A stretch of 64,000 bases of DNA from an uncultured bacterium (GCA_903861205.1 CAIOTC010000016.1:10243-74242), one strand, 5' to 3'; counted from the first letter of the stretch, positions 45,389 through 56,036 are shown. Numbers and translations: made by a program. The notes: a model not told the origin generated them from the letters alone.

Positions 45389-45856
45389 TTACTTCATAAG
45401 ATTAGTTACTTTACTCGGATCCACCAGCGCCGTGACGATTAGGTTCACGATGAGCCATGCCGCCAGAACCCAGCCGATGCCCCAGGCCACCTTTTCGAAC
45501 ATTGCATTTGCTTTGGTTCTTTTGGCTGGTTCGCCGCCGGATGTCATATATTGCCAACCTGCCCAAGCGATAATGACCACCGAAAAGGCCAGAGCCAGGG
45601 CAACGACTGTGTTGATGACATTTTTGACGGCTTGGATGAGCTGAAAAAAGCTATCGCATGGCACTTCCTTACCGCTTTGTTGGCAACCGGTCACGATCCC
45701 GGACTGAAATGTCACTGTTCCTTGAGTCGGTCCGACTGGAATATTCTGGGCATATAAAACAAACGCTGGTACAAAAAACATTAGAAAAAATAACCCGCTA
45801 ATTATTATATTTATTTTGTATTTATTCGTAGCCATTCGTAGATTCGAATCATTCAC
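45389..45856 (-). CDS. VirB2/TrbC-like pilin-family protein (paralog 6)
   Basis: Signal peptide, then VVALALAFSVVIIAWAGWQYMTSGGEPAKRTKANAMFEKVAWGIGWVLAAWLIV. Confidence 0.4.
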   Translation of the reverse strand: MNDSNLRMATNKYKINIIISGLFFLMFFVPAFVLYAQNIPVGPTQGTVTFQSGIVTGCQQSGKEVPCDSFFQLIQAVKNVINTVVALALAFSVVIIAWAGWQYMTSGGEPAKRTKANAMFEKVAWGIGWVLAAWLIVNLIVTALVDPSKVTNLMK

Positions 45857-45868
45857 AGATTCGTATAT

Positions 45869-47155
45869 TTATTTTAAAAGCAATGAATCAATGCTACTGT
45901 TCGCATTCCCCAACGCCTCCGAAACCCTGGCCTGACCGCTTGTGATTGATTCAATCATATCACGAAATGTGTTCCCGGTAGCTGTGGAATCCGGATCAAG
46001 CCATGATCGGCTGACTAGTGCCGAGCTGTAAAAAACCGAGCGGAAAGGATCGCTGGGCTTGTTGGCTAAAAGGTCGCGCCTCACCGGTGGCAGATTGGTC
46101 GCCGCTTCCATCGCGGTCTGGGCCGCCGGTTCTGTGAGCGCTATAATGACGCTGAAAGCCGCACTGGCCGATTTGGACTGTTTGACGATGGCCCCGGCGT
46201 ACATGTGAGCAAAATCTATTTTTGTTTTGGACTGGCGATCTTGCGGAATGTTGGTTACGTCAAAATTCAGATTCGGATTTTTCTGCTGGATGGAAAAAAT
46301 CTCGCTGGCAAAACCGACATAAAGCGACAAATTGCCGGAGAGGAAAAAGTTGAGCGATGACGGCAACGAGCGGTTCCACGAATACGCGGCCGATGTCGGA
46401 TTGGAAAATTGAGTGTAGTAATCCAGCGCGGCCTGACCCGGCAGGACCTGACTGTTTAATTGTGATGACAAAACGGACAAATACGCGCCGTTTGTGTAAC
46501 TGACTATCGGCGTGCCGGCCTGCAGAAACAAAAGCGACAAAATGGCCTTGGCGTTCGTCACATTGTTGTATTCGCCAAAGGAAATCGCGCTTTGCATGAC
46601 GTTTCCGGAGCTGTCGCGCCTGGTCATGGTCTTAACCAGTCCGTAAATTTCGTCCCAATATTTTGGCGGTTGCGAGACCAGGTTGTTTGTAAAAATGTCG
46701 CGATTCCAATACATGACCAGCGGATCAATCGCCAAAGGAACGGCCATAACACCCTCGTCTTTCAAAAACATTTCGCCTTCCTGAATAAATTGATCTTTGA
46801 AAGTTCGCTCGGAATAGGTGGCGTACGGAATGGTTAAAAACTTGTTGCGGTTTTTGTAAATGGAATCTTCGCGCAAGATAACCGCGTCCGGACCGGCGCC
46901 ATCAGCCAGTGCCTCGACAAAATCAGCGTCGAAACTGTCAGCGTCTTTTTTGACGTAATTGACCGTGACATATTTATTGCCTGAAATGGACGAAGCTTTG
47001 TAAGCCGCGTTGAAAGCTTGGCCTGGAATCGTTCCCCAAATAGTAATGTTAGCAGTAGTTTGTCCCGCGCCGGCTTTGTACATGGCAAAAAGAACAATAC
47101 CAACGACGAAGCAAACGGAGAAAATGGCGATAACAGCGATTTTAAAATTGGACAT
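45869..47155 (-). CDS. Membrane-anchored extracellular solute-binding-protein-like protein
   Basis: N-terminal TM, then a 400-aa periplasmic-type domain with the general look of ABC family-1 substrate-binding proteins. Weak call. Confidence 0.35.
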   Translation of the reverse strand: MSNFKIAVIAIFSVCFVVGIVLFAMYKAGAGQTTANITIWGTIPGQAFNAAYKASSISGNKYVTVNYVKKDADSFDADFVEALADGAGPDAVILREDSIYKNRNKFLTIPYATYSERTFKDQFIQEGEMFLKDEGVMAVPLAIDPLVMYWNRDIFTNNLVSQPPKYWDEIYGLVKTMTRRDSSGNVMQSAISFGEYNNVTNAKAILSLLFLQAGTPIVSYTNGAYLSVLSSQLNSQVLPGQAALDYYTQFSNPTSAAYSWNRSLPSSLNFFLSGNLSLYVGFASEIFSIQQKNPNLNFDVTNIPQDRQSKTKIDFAHMYAGAIVKQSKSASAAFSVIIALTEPAAQTAMEAATNLPPVRRDLLANKPSDPFRSVFYSSALVSRSWLDPDSTATGNTFRDMIESITSGQARVSEALGNANSSIDSLLLK

Positions 47156-47257
47156 GATAATAGTTTATAAAGTTAAAAGTCCTTAAAGTCTATAAAGTCA
47201 GGAATCTAAAAATTTTTGCATTTTCTTTATAGACTTTTGACTTTACGGACTTGTGAC

Positions 47258-47785
47258 TTATAGTTTCTTAAATATTATACCATAATGGTGGCTCCCCGCA
47301 GAGATCTCGCGGTCCATATGAAAACCATTTTTCTCCATCATTTCCAAAACGGTTTCTTTTTTGACCACTACATCGGGTTTTGGCCCAATTCCGCCGAACG
47401 AATCCGCCCAATCCACAACCAAAACTCGTCCGGCCGGTTTCAAAATGCGCTTGATTTCCGCGACGGCCGATTGTTTGTTTTCCAGCTGAAAAAGGACGTT
47501 GCAAATCAGCGCCAAATCGATCGATGCGTCACGCAAATGCGTTCCGCCGACTTTTTCGATGTCGCCCCAAATGACTTCGACGTTGTATAGTCCCTCGCGG
47601 ACAGCGTTATTTTTTATTTTGGTCAGCAAATCTTTCTGCGCGTCAATAGCGTAAACCCGGCCGGTGGCGATCAGCGCCTTGGCCGCCGACATAGTATAAA
47701 ATCCCGATCCGGCGCCGAGATCGGCAATTTCCATACCAACCTGAATCCCGCACTGCTCGATATTTTTTTGAGGATCCGAGAACAT
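47258..47785 (-). CDS. Class I SAM-dependent methyltransferase
   Basis: Motif I IADLGAGSGFYT. Post-I acidic residue and RILKPAGRVLVVDW. Confidence 0.75.
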   Translation of the reverse strand: MFSDPQKNIEQCGIQVGMEIADLGAGSGFYTMSAAKALIATGRVYAIDAQKDLLTKIKNNAVREGLYNVEVIWGDIEKVGGTHLRDASIDLALICNVLFQLENKQSAVAEIKRILKPAGRVLVVDWADSFGGIGPKPDVVVKKETVLEMMEKNGFHMDREISAGSHHYGIIFKKL

Positions 47786-47848
47786 GACTATATTATACCA
47801 CCCAATTTCCTAATTCAAAAATTTTCTGTTGAAAAGTTTAAATACGAA

Positions 47849-47892
47849 GGACTGCCCTTTGTATTTTTGGGTAATTGCTACAAAGGGCAGTC
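47849..47892. repeat. REP-like hairpin upstream of the RAYT gene (ggactgccctttgta ... tacaaagggcagtc)
   Basis: Perfect 15/14-bp inverted arms with a 15-bp loop. The unit tacaaagggcagtc recurs at 48579. Confidence 0.7.
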
Positions 47893-47910
47893 TTTTGTAT
47901 AATTATTGGT

Positions 47911-48567
47911 ATGAATAACAGAGACTACAAAGAATTTGCTTCCGGAGGTGTTTATCACATTTTTAACCGAGGTAATAATAAGGAAAACATTTTTCTTAAT
48001 GAAAATGATTATGGAGCCTTTCTTTTTAGATTAGCAATCTCTTTGGGTTTCGATATGAACGATCTTAAAAATTATAAGCTGATGTATTTTCCCTACTCAC
48101 GGATGGCAATTTCTGAAACTAGCAAAAACAATTTTAAGTTACATTCTTTTTGTCTCATGCCAAACCATTTTCACTTGGTTATCGAGCAATGTAAGGACGT
48201 GCCCGTATCAAAGCTAATTTCAAAAACTTGCACAAGTTATTCGATGTATTTTAATAAAAAATACACCAGAGTTGGGCACTTATTTCAAGATCGATTCAAA
48301 GCAGTTTTAATAGATAACAACCCCCAACTAATGTGGACATCATCATACATTCACATGAACCCGGTCAAAGACGGATTAGTAAAATCACCCGAAGATTATG
48401 TTTGGAGTAGTTACAGAGACTACACTGAAGAAAGAAATTTACCTATTGTGTCAAAAGAATTTTTACTGGAATTATTTGGTGGTGAAAAATTTTTAAAAAA
48501 AGAAACTTTGGCTTATTTTTCCAAAGAAAACTCTGCTATGATTGATATTCTTGATGATGATAATTAG
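47911..48567 (+). CDS. REP-associated tyrosine transposase (RAYT; IS200-like Y1 HUH transposase)
   Basis: HUH motif FCLMPNHFHLVIE and catalytic Tyr region SSYIHMNPVKDGLV...YVWSSYRDY. Flanked on both sides by REP-like hairpins. Confidence 0.75.
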   Translation: MNNRDYKEFASGGVYHIFNRGNNKENIFLNENDYGAFLFRLAISLGFDMNDLKNYKLMYFPYSRMAISETSKNNFKLHSFCLMPNHFHLVIEQCKDVPVSKLISKTCTSYSMYFNKKYTRVGHLFQDRFKAVLIDNNPQLMWTSSYIHMNPVKDGLVKSPEDYVWSSYRDYTEERNLPIVSKEFLLELFGGEKFLKKETLAYFSKENSAMIDILDDDN

Positions 48568-48578
48568 AAAACCATAAT

Positions 48579-48618
48579 TACAAAGGGCAGTCCTTTGTAA
48601 CTTTGTAACCTTTGTACA
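48579..48618. repeat. REP-like hairpins downstream of the RAYT gene (tacaaagggcagtcctttgta, then repeated ctttgta units)
   Basis: acaaagg-gcagtc-cctttgt palindrome sharing the unit with 47879-47892. Confidence 0.65.
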
Positions 48619-48672
48619 GAAAGCAAAAAAGTGGAAAAGAAAAAGTGCCGGTTCCCCGACACTCTGATTTGC

Positions 48673-49011
48673 TTATTTATTTGGACAAGAACATTGTTCC
48701 AAATTTTCACTGGGTTGCCCAGATTCTATACCATGACAATCCTGACAAAAAGTTCTTTTGCACATATTGCATTTATGATCTTCCACTTCACCAATCCTGC
48801 AAACCGGGCAACTTCCTTCGCACCAACATTTTACCGCAACAACCTCCTTTTTTGGTTTGTGGCAATGGCAATTACAAAAAACTGTTCTGCCCCCGCCATC
48901 ATCGAATTCGTGCAAACAGTTTTCGTGTTTGTTTAAGTTGCATTTCCGCGAGATCCACTCATCTTTGTCGTTTAAAGGCATGGCAATCCTTTCCGTTACC
49001 GATATTAGCAA
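48673..49011 (-). CDS. Cys/His-rich small protein (zinc-binding, hypothetical)
   Basis: CNLNKHENCLHEF...CNCHCHKP...CWCEGSCPVCRIG...HKCNMCKRTFCQDCHG. The opposite-strand ORF 48612-49286 has no motifs and runs into gyrA, so it is rejected. Confidence 0.4.
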   Translation of the reverse strand: MLISVTERIAMPLNDKDEWISRKCNLNKHENCLHEFDDGGGRTVFCNCHCHKPKKEVVAVKCWCEGSCPVCRIGEVEDHKCNMCKRTFCQDCHGIESGQPSENLEQCSCPNK

Positions 49012-49015
49012 AATG

Positions 49016-52000
49016 TTATAGGCAAATCAAACTGGCGATCGAGTCGCCGTCGCGGAGCTTCATGATGCGGACGCCTTGGGTCTGGCGGCCGAGAACCGGC
49101 ACTTCCTTGGCGTCGACGCGGATGACTTGCGATTTTTTGGACATGGCTACGATTTCCACTTCCTCGCCTTCGAAAACTTTGGCCGAAATGAGCGGGCCGG
49201 TTTTGGCGGTAACATTAGCCGTTTTGATACCGGAGCCACCGCGGTTTTGGATTTTGTATTCGTCGACATCCGAGCGCTTGCCGTAGCCGTTTTGCGAAAT
49301 AACCATCAGTGTCGGCACGTCAGACTCCTTGAGCACCACCTCGGAAGCAATAACGTAGTCTCCCTTGCCGAGCTTCATACCGCGTACGCCCATGGCTGTT
49401 CGGCCCATCTCACGGATGTCAGACTCTTTGAAATGAATCGATTGCCCCTTGGCCGTGACCACGATATTGGTGTCACCTTTCTTGACAAAGCTGGCAGAAA
49501 TAAGTTCATCACCCGCGTCGAGCTTGATAGCGATAATGCCGGAAATGCGCACATCGTGGAAGCTAGCCGCACTACATTTTTTGGCCACGCCGTGTTTAGT
49601 AACCATAAGAAGCGAAGCGTCGGATTTTTTGATTTCTTTCGGCATCGGCAAAATGGAGGTGATTTTCTCGCCTTCGGACAGTGGCAAAAAGTTCTGAACG
49701 GATTTGCCACGCGTCGCTCGCCTTCCCTCCGGAATATCATACATTTTGGTTTGGTAAGCCTTGCCTTTGTCGGTGAAGAAAAGCAAATCGCTGTGCGTCG
49801 AAGTGATGAGAAGCGTCGTCACAAAATCCTCTTCCTTTGTATCAAGATCCACCACGCCAACTCCCCCGCGTCGCTGTTTGCGGAATTCGTCCGGGTTGGT
49901 GCGTTTGATGTAACCACCGGCCGTCAGCACCAGCGCGTTTTCCTCGTCGGCGATCAAATCCTCCACCGACAAAACCGCTGCGCCGCCTTTGATGATTTTC
50001 GTTTTGCGCTCATCGCCGTATTTTTCCTTAATCTGTTTGCATTCGTCTTTGATGATGGCTAAAATTTTCTTGGCGCTGCCCAAAATGGCTTTCAATTCCT
50101 CAATCAAAAGTTGCACCGCTTTGAGTTCGTCCTCCACTTTTTTGCGTTCCAGTCCGGCCAAGCGCTGCAATTTCATTTCCAAAATAGCCGTGGCTTGGAT
50201 AGCCGAGAATTTAAACTCTTTCATCAAATTCCTGTGTGCTTCAGGCGTGTCTTTGCTGGCGCGGATCAGTTTGATGATAGCGTCGATATGATCGAGTGCT
50301 TTTTTGAGGCCGAGCAAAATGTGCTCACGCTCCAGCGCCTTTTTCAAATCATATTCCGTGCGGCGTTTGATAATTTCCTTTCGGTGGATGATAAATTCCT
50401 CCAAAATTCCCTTGAGCGACAATGTTTGTGGCACGCCGTTAACCAGCGCCACCATGTTGTAATGAAAAGCTTCCTCGAGCTGAGTGTGTTTGTACAAATA
50501 ATTCAAAACGGTCTGCGGATGAGCAGTGCCTTTGAGGTCGAGGACCACGCGAATATCCTCGGCCGATTCGTCGCGGATATCCTTGATGCCTTCCAATTTT
50601 TTGTCGTGAATGAGGTCGACAATTTTGACAATCAGATCGGATTTGTTGACGCGAAACGGAATGGAAGTGATGATAATCTGAAACTGGCCGGCTTTGTTTT
50701 CCACAATCTCGGCCGTTCCGCGCACCACCACGCCACCACGACCGGTCGAGTAAGCGTGTGCAATATCTTTTGCATTGAAAGCGATACCGCCGGTCGGAAA
50801 ATCCGGACCTTTGACAAATTGCAAAAGGTCTTCGTTGGTCGCGTCGGGATTATCGACAAGGTGTGTCAGCGCGTCCATCACTTCGCCCAGATTGTGTGGC
50901 GGAATGTTCGTGGCCATACCGACGGCGATTCCCAGTCCGCCGTTAAAGAGCAAATTGGGCACTCGGCTCGGCAAAACGGTCGGCTCTTTGCGCGTACCTT
51001 CGTAGTTCGGAATCCAATCCACCGTTTCCTTGTCGATGTCAGCCAAAAGTTCGCTGGTGATGCGGGACATTTTGGCCTCGGTATACCTGTCAGCCGCCGC
51101 ACCATCACCGTCGATCGAGTTGTGGACAAATACTCCCGCAGATAAAGCAAAGTTATGGGTGTCATCAACAGTCAAATCATAAACGTCTTCTTTCGCATCT
51201 AAAAATTCCACCCCAATAACCTTGTGATTATAGAATACATCCTTAGAAATTCGCGAGACACCGCCATTTGAATAATATTTAGGAAAAGCAGACCCCCATT
51301 TTGGAGCACTTCCGTAAGGGTACACTTCGTTTCTGTATTTTTCATATAAAATCTCGTCGATCAAACCTTCTTTCTCAATAACTCTTTTGCATATTGCCAA
51401 AAATTTTTTCTTGCCTGTCAGATTTGTGGTGTGATTCTTGTTTCCCTTCAAAATTTTATCGTGCATTAACACTCGATATTCCGGATCTTGCCACAATCTT
51501 TTCAGAGTTTTTGTAATGCGTTTACTTATAATTTCCCTTAGCTCAGGATGATTCTTGTAGTGATTTTTATTCACACGGCTAAGAGTTTCTCTCATATATT
51601 CGGCGTATTTCTCATCTTGCCAATTTTCAATATTTCTAGCTGACAGGCGCGCAGAATAAGCATCTCGATTTTTCTGATCAGACCAAAAATTTTCTCTTCC
51701 CTCTTTCAATCTCTGAACATATGTCTGATCATTTTTATGACGGTTCTTGGAAAGATTGGCATGCATCATCCAGTGGTCTTTCCAATGCATTCTTTGAATA
51801 TTGTCTGGATTTGAATTTAATTTATTGAAATCTTTGTGATGTCTGACTCGGCCGGCTGAAAGAGAATATTCCCCCATTATTATATTTAACTTATCGGCAA
51901 GGTGATGGGCAAAATCCCATTTATCATTTTTCGGCTGGAGTATCATTGGATATCCGATAAGTTCTGGTTTTGCATCAGATATGGCGGATAGTTTTTTGTA

Positions 52001-52657
52001 CAAAGGCATAAGAGAATCTCCTGTTTTTAATTCTTTAGCCTCCTTATATTTTCCGTCACGAAGCATAAATCTGTGATTTGTAGTGCAACGAATCTCTTTT
52101 CCATTATCAAGAACCACTCTCATAATTTCCGCGTTTTTGATCGTCAAACGAGGATTTCTTATTTTAGCGATTTTTATCAATCCGTTACTACCGACAGTAT
52201 ACGTGTAATTTTTTCTTCCTTGCTTTTCTTCTTCAATTAAATCGCTGAACGATAACGCGCGACCATCCGAAAGTTCCACCTTTGTATCTTTCGTAAAACA
52301 ACCAAAATTTCCCTGGCCGATGACCAACTTGTACCTCATCGAAAAATCCTGCGCCAAAACAACCAGCGCGCCGTAAGCGGCGGCTGTGCCGTGAGGATGA
52401 TAGTTACCGGTCACATCTCCGATGATTTTGGCCGATTTTCTGGTTTTCCCGCCGGCGGTCAGGCCGAGTTCGTGCATGGTGTAAAGGATCCTGCGTTGAA
52501 CGGGTTTCAGTCCGTCGCGAACGTTCGGTAAAGCGCGGTCGGTAATAACCGACATGGAATAGTCGAGAAAAGACTTCTTCATCTCGTCCGTAATTTCCCG
52601 GGGAATAACGTTGATATGGGCGGGTTTTATCGGTTCTGATTCTTCCTTTTTGGCCAT
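49016..52657 (-). CDS. gyrA: DNA gyrase subunit A interrupted by a 394-aa intein
   Basis: GyrA blocks [24 protein letters not shown], then GQGNFG | intein | [18 protein letters not shown], and the C-terminal beta-pinwheel repeats. Extein length is about 819 aa. Confidence 0.9.
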   Translation of the reverse strand: MAKKEESEPIKPAHINVIPREITDEMKKSFLDYSMSVITDRALPNVRDGLKPVQRRILYTMHELGLTAGGKTRKSAKIIGDVTGNYHPHGTAAAYGALVVLAQDFSMRYKLVIGQGNFGCFTKDTKVELSDGRALSFSDLIEEEKQGRKNYTYTVGSNGLIKIAKIRNPRLTIKNAEIMRVVLDNGKEIRCTTNHRFMLRDGKYKEAKELKTGDSLMPLYKKLSAISDAKPELIGYPMILQPKNDKWDFAHHLADKLNIIMGEYSLSAGRVRHHKDFNKLNSNPDNIQRMHWKDHWMMHANLSKNRHKNDQTYVQRLKEGRENFWSDQKNRDAYSARLSARNIENWQDEKYAEYMRETLSRVNKNHYKNHPELREIISKRITKTLKRLWQDPEYRVLMHDKILKGNKNHTTNLTGKKKFLAICKRVIEKEGLIDEILYEKYRNEVYPYGSAPKWGSAFPKYYSNGGVSRISKDVFYNHKVIGVEFLDAKEDVYDLTVDDTHNFALSAGVFVHNSIDGDGAAADRYTEAKMSRITSELLADIDKETVDWIPNYEGTRKEPTVLPSRVPNLLFNGGLGIAVGMATNIPPHNLGEVMDALTHLVDNPDATNEDLLQFVKGPDFPTGGIAFNAKDIAHAYSTGRGGVVVRGTAEIVENKAGQFQIIITSIPFRVNKSDLIVKIVDLIHDKKLEGIKDIRDESAEDIRVVLDLKGTAHPQTVLNYLYKHTQLEEAFHYNMVALVNGVPQTLSLKGILEEFIIHRKEIIKRRTEYDLKKALEREHILLGLKKALDHIDAIIKLIRASKDTPEAHRNLMKEFKFSAIQATAILEMKLQRLAGLERKKVEDELKAVQLLIEELKAILGSAKKILAIIKDECKQIKEKYGDERKTKIIKGGAAVLSVEDLIADEENALVLTAGGYIKRTNPDEFRKQRRGGVGVVDLDTKEEDFVTTLLITSTHSDLLFFTDKGKAYQTKMYDIPEGRRATRGKSVQNFLPLSEGEKITSILPMPKEIKKSDASLLMVTKHGVAKKCSAASFHDVRISGIIAIKLDAGDELISASFVKKGDTNIVVTAKGQSIHFKESDIREMGRTAMGVRGMKLGKGDYVIASEVVLKESDVPTLMVISQNGYGKRSDVDEYKIQNRGGSGIKTANVTAKTGPLISAKVFEGEEVEIVAMSKKSQVIRVDAKEVPVLGRQTQGVRIMKLRDGDSIASLICL
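51119..52300 (-). other. GyrA intein (mini-intein splicing blocks plus HNH homing-endonuclease domain)
   Basis: Begins with Cys ([13 protein letters not shown]), ends VFVHN followed by the +1 Ser. Internal HNH motif [31 protein letters not shown]. Confidence 0.8.
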
Positions 52658-52725
52658 AGAATAAAAAGCTTAGTGGCTTCATTATATCATATCCACACAT
52701 TGAATTCAAAGCTTTTTGGAGCACT

Positions 52726-52969
52726 CACTCGGTGTATGTTGGTAATCCAACTTCACCGAGTGCGGGCAAACTTATATCGCAAATTTCTTACGAGAAAACT
52801 CATTTTGGTCGCCAGAATAAATCGCTGCTGCGATTTTTCTTCCTGCTCGTGTCTTCACGCACTCCGCAATGCGCCCAAAATGAGTTTTCTCGCCAAAATT
52901 TGCTTAGTGGTGAATCGAAAAATTTTTTCTCACCCGGTGTCGGCGGCGAAGCAACGCAGTCACCGGGTG
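52726..52969. mobile_element. MITE-like palindromic element, copy 2 (inverse orientation of 17614-17793) with flanking hairpin modules
   Basis: Core 52781-52902 with TIRs aaatttcttacgagaaaactcatttt / aaaatgagttttctcgccaaaattt. Hairpins cactcggtg...caccgagtg (52726-52762) and cacccggtg...caccgggtg (52931-52969). Confidence 0.7.
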
Positions 52970-52977
52970 TGGAAAAA

Positions 52978-53313
52978 TTATTGAGTAGTTGAAGCAGTCG
53001 CTTCAGGAGTTGTTGTCGCCAGATTATAATAATCCGCTCCACCGTAAAGACTGGAGCCAAGTTGTTTAATTTTGGAAATTTGCTCGCCGATGGCCGAGGT
53101 GCTTTGGGACAAAATAGCGGTGAATGTCGAAAACGGACTTGTTTCGCTCGCCGAGATACGGTCAGAAATACTTTTTTCCTGTCCAAACTGCGGATAAATG
53201 GCCGTAATCCAAACAACAAAAATAATTCCAACGCACAAAAAAGAAACGAGAAAAGCAATCCGCTTTTTCGCCCCATCCGGCTTCTGTCTCAATTTTTCCA
53301 AGTAGTTGAACAC
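52978..53313 (-). CDS. Small membrane protein, hypothetical
   Basis: One TM helix (IAFLVSFLCVGIIFVVWITAIY), then a Ser/Thr-rich tail. Confidence 0.35.
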   Translation of the reverse strand: MFNYLEKLRQKPDGAKKRIAFLVSFLCVGIIFVVWITAIYPQFGQEKSISDRISASETSPFSTFTAILSQSTSAIGEQISKIKQLGSSLYGGADYYNLATTTPEATASTTQ

Positions 53314-53319
53314 AATAAT

Positions 53320-53410
53320 AATTTAGAATTTTTAATTTAGAATTTAAAATAAATTTAAAATGATTAAATTTAAAAATTATAAATTCTAAATTTATTTTAA
53401 ATTATAAATT
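53320..53410. repeat. AT-rich tandem/palindromic repeat (aatttagaat / attctaaatt units)
   Basis: Nearly palindromic across its centre. Related tracts at 54067-54105 and 58669-58768. Confidence 0.5.
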
Positions 53411-54070
53411 CTAAATTTGTTGCAAAACCGTCACCTCCCCTTCCTTGCCCTCCAAATCTTTCTTTTTGATCGTCAATTTGTCCAGCGATTCTGCTTTTTC
53501 CTCGCCGGCTTCTTTTAGGAATTTTTTCAGCGCGTCCTTTTCGCCGACTTCACCGTAATGGCTGGGAATAATCAGTTTCGGTTCAAATTGCAGAGCCAAC
53601 TTGTGCGCCACGGCCGGTGACAAAACTCCGTCGCCTCCGATCGGCACGAACAAAATATCCACGCCGTCGATTGCCTCCACCACATTAGCCGGAATTTTTT
53701 CATCGCCGAGCGCGCCAAAAAAACAGAGGGTAATGCCTTCCAGATTTATCGTATATATAGTATTGATTCGCTCCTCGCCTCCGTAGGACGATTTGGACAA
53801 AAAGCCTTTGATAAAAACTCCGCGCACTTCGTATTCGCCGGGACCGTTTATGATGAAGGATTCTTTTTCTCCGCGAGATGTCACGTCCGTGCCGTTGTGT
53901 TCAGGGCTGTTCAAAAGCGAAACGAGCGTAATGTCACTGCCAAACCGCGTGCTCTTGACCGGCGAATCTTTGGAAATCGGATTAACCGCCAAAGTGGTGT
54001 CGCCGAATGTAACCTTAAAAAAGTCTGCGCCGTGGTAAGTGATGATCATAATGTGCTTATTATATAGCAC
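53411..54070 (-). CDS. MBL-fold metallo-hydrolase (UPF0173/YtkL-like)
   Basis: MIITYHGADFFKV start region, then conserved His/Asp blocks ILFVPIGGDGVLSP...IIPSHYGEVG. Confidence 0.6.
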   Translation of the reverse strand: MLYNKHIMIITYHGADFFKVTFGDTTLAVNPISKDSPVKSTRFGSDITLVSLLNSPEHNGTDVTSRGEKESFIINGPGEYEVRGVFIKGFLSKSSYGGEERINTIYTINLEGITLCFFGALGDEKIPANVVEAIDGVDILFVPIGGDGVLSPAVAHKLALQFEPKLIIPSHYGEVGEKDALKKFLKEAGEEKAESLDKLTIKKKDLEGKEGEVTVLQQI

Positions 54071-54117
54071 AAAATTTTAAATTTCAAATTCTAAATTTTA
54101 AATGAATTTTTAGTTCT

Positions 54118-54207
54118 GTCATTCCCGCATAACTTTCTGTCATTCCCGCGAAAGCGGGAATCCAGACCCTGTTCAATCACCCAGATTTCCGCCTACGCGG
54201 GAATGAC
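54118..54207. repeat. REP-like gtcattcccgcg family, locus 2 (one partial plus an inverted pair of units)
   Basis: gtcattcccgcgaaagcgggaatc (54139-54162) and gatttccgcctacgcgggaatgac (54184-54207). Confidence 0.75.
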
Positions 54208-54278
54208 ACAAAACACAAAACAAAAGCCGTCATCCCGAAGGGTAACGGCTGTGCAGGGCCTAAACCTTGCGTATTAGA

Positions 54279-54641
54279 TTACTCGTGATCTGCGTCAGGA
54301 ACATATTCCCCGGACGCAATCATGTTCAGAACAGCCTCTTCGCCGAGCAACTCGTGCATATGCTTCTTTTGGCAGAGATCGTCTGTGCACGCCGGCTTAC
54401 CGTGAAGTTCCTTCTTACGAAGACAAGCCTGGGCTTCGTTCCAAAGTGGATTGCTCTTCCTCACGTCAGTGTAATTCTCGTCGCAGATAGACGTGACGTT
54501 CACATCCGCCGCGAAGGCCGGCTTTGCTCCGCAGAAGCGACAAGATTCAGTTGAATCGGCACACTGTTGCTTCGAGTAATAAACTGCCAATTCTCTGCCA
54601 CGAACCGAGAGATTCTGATGCCAGATCTGTATGCTTTCCAT
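54279..54641 (-). CDS. Cys-rich hypothetical protein
   Basis: The ORF from ATG 54641 (MESIQIWHQNL...) has nine Cys in 120 aa. No family recognised. Confidence 0.3.
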   Translation of the reverse strand: MESIQIWHQNLSVRGRELAVYYSKQQCADSTESCRFCGAKPAFAADVNVTSICDENYTDVRKSNPLWNEAQACLRKKELHGKPACTDDLCQKKHMHELLGEEAVLNMIASGEYVPDADHE

Positions 54642-54841
54642 TTGTACTCTCCTACACACTATTATACACCTAAACGATTTTATTGTCAAGTAGCAAAAAG
54701 TCCTTATTTTTGTTATACTTTTCGCCAGTTCTTATTAACAATAATAACGCTAAATTCACCTCGCTCATTTAAAATGAGTTGCGAATCTTTTTGGGACTTA
54801 CTCAAAAACATTACGAGATGAACCATTATTATTAAATTATT

Positions 54842-56005
54842 ATGATTAAAAAATTAAAGGACGACGAGGTAATAAATCCTACTTCGCCAGAGGCTACGCA
54901 GGACGAGTCCGAAAAGGCTCGGAAAGAAAATTTGATGGACAAGGTGCTAAACTCGAGCGCCAATCCCCCGTCGGTTGATGATGTTATCGAAGGCACAGTT
55001 ATCGGCATAGAAAAATCAAAAGTTTACATTGATATACCGCCGTTCGGGACGGGTATTATTTTTGGCCGTGAATACATCAACGCTCGCGACATTATCAAGA
55101 AAATCAACATTGGTGACAGCGTGGCCGGCAAGGTGGTCAGCGTCAGCAACAAAGACGGCTACATTGAAATTTCATTAAAGGAGGCTCGCCAAGCGCTCAT
55201 CTGGAGCGAAGCCGAGGACGCTATCCGCGACAAGAAAATTTTCGAACTTCCGGTGATCGAGGCCAACAAAGGCGGTTTGATTTTGGTTTGGCAGGGCATT
55301 TCCGGTTTCTTGCCGGCTTCCCAGCTCAAAACCGAGCACTACCCGCGTGTAGCTGACGGCGATAAAGACAGAATTTTGGAAGAATTGCGCAAATTGGTCG
55401 GACAGAAAATTTCGGTGGCTATCATTGGCGCATCACCAAAGGAAGGCAAGCTCATTTTCTCCGAGAAAAATCCGGAGCAGAAAAATAAAGATCATATTAT
55501 CGGCAAGTACGCTCTCGGCGACGAGCTGACCGGCGAAGTGACCGGCATGGTTGACTTCGGTGTGTTCGTTAAACTCGAGGAAGGCTTGGAGGGACTGGTG
55601 CACATCTCGGAAATCGACTGGGCGCTGGTGGAGAATCCAAAACTACTCTTCCATATCGGTGAGAAAGTGAAAGTCAAAATAATCGAAATCAAGGAAGGTA
55701 AAATTTCCCTGTCCATCAAAGCCCTGAAAGAAAATCCGTGGCATGACGCCGAGAAGAAATATAAAAAAGATGATGTGGTGGATGGCGTAGTCATCAAATT
55801 CAACAAACACGGCGCACTGGCCTCGATCGAGGAAGGCATCGCCGGCTTGGTCCACATTTCCGAATTCGGCTCGGATGAAAAACTGCACTCAACACTCGAA
55901 CTTGGCAAATCGTACAAATTCAAAATCACACTCTTTGATGCAAAGGAGCAGAAGATGACACTGAGTTTCATTGATCCAAGCAAGAAAGCAGAAGAAGTTA
56001 AATAA
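54842..56005 (+). CDS. rpsA: 30S ribosomal protein S1 (four S1 domains)
   Basis: Four repeats of the S1 fold: GTVIGIEKSKVYIDI, GKVVSVSNKDGYIEISLK, GEVTGMVDFGVFVKL, GVVIKFNKHGALASI. Confidence 0.8.
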   Translation: MIKKLKDDEVINPTSPEATQDESEKARKENLMDKVLNSSANPPSVDDVIEGTVIGIEKSKVYIDIPPFGTGIIFGREYINARDIIKKINIGDSVAGKVVSVSNKDGYIEISLKEARQALIWSEAEDAIRDKKIFELPVIEANKGGLILVWQGISGFLPASQLKTEHYPRVADGDKDRILEELRKLVGQKISVAIIGASPKEGKLIFSEKNPEQKNKDHIIGKYALGDELTGEVTGMVDFGVFVKLEEGLEGLVHISEIDWALVENPKLLFHIGEKVKVKIIEIKEGKISLSIKALKENPWHDAEKKYKKDDVVDGVVIKFNKHGALASIEEGIAGLVHISEFGSDEKLHSTLELGKSYKFKITLFDAKEQKMTLSFIDPSKKAEEVK

Positions 56006-56036
56006 GTTTAAAAAGTTGAATAAGTAAAAATCATTC

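Noticed and set aside
48612-49286. 224-aa plus-strand ORF
   Set aside because: It has no motifs and overlaps the 3' end of gyrA. It is antisense to the Cys/His-rich ORF 48673-49011, which has a more protein-like, metal-binding composition.
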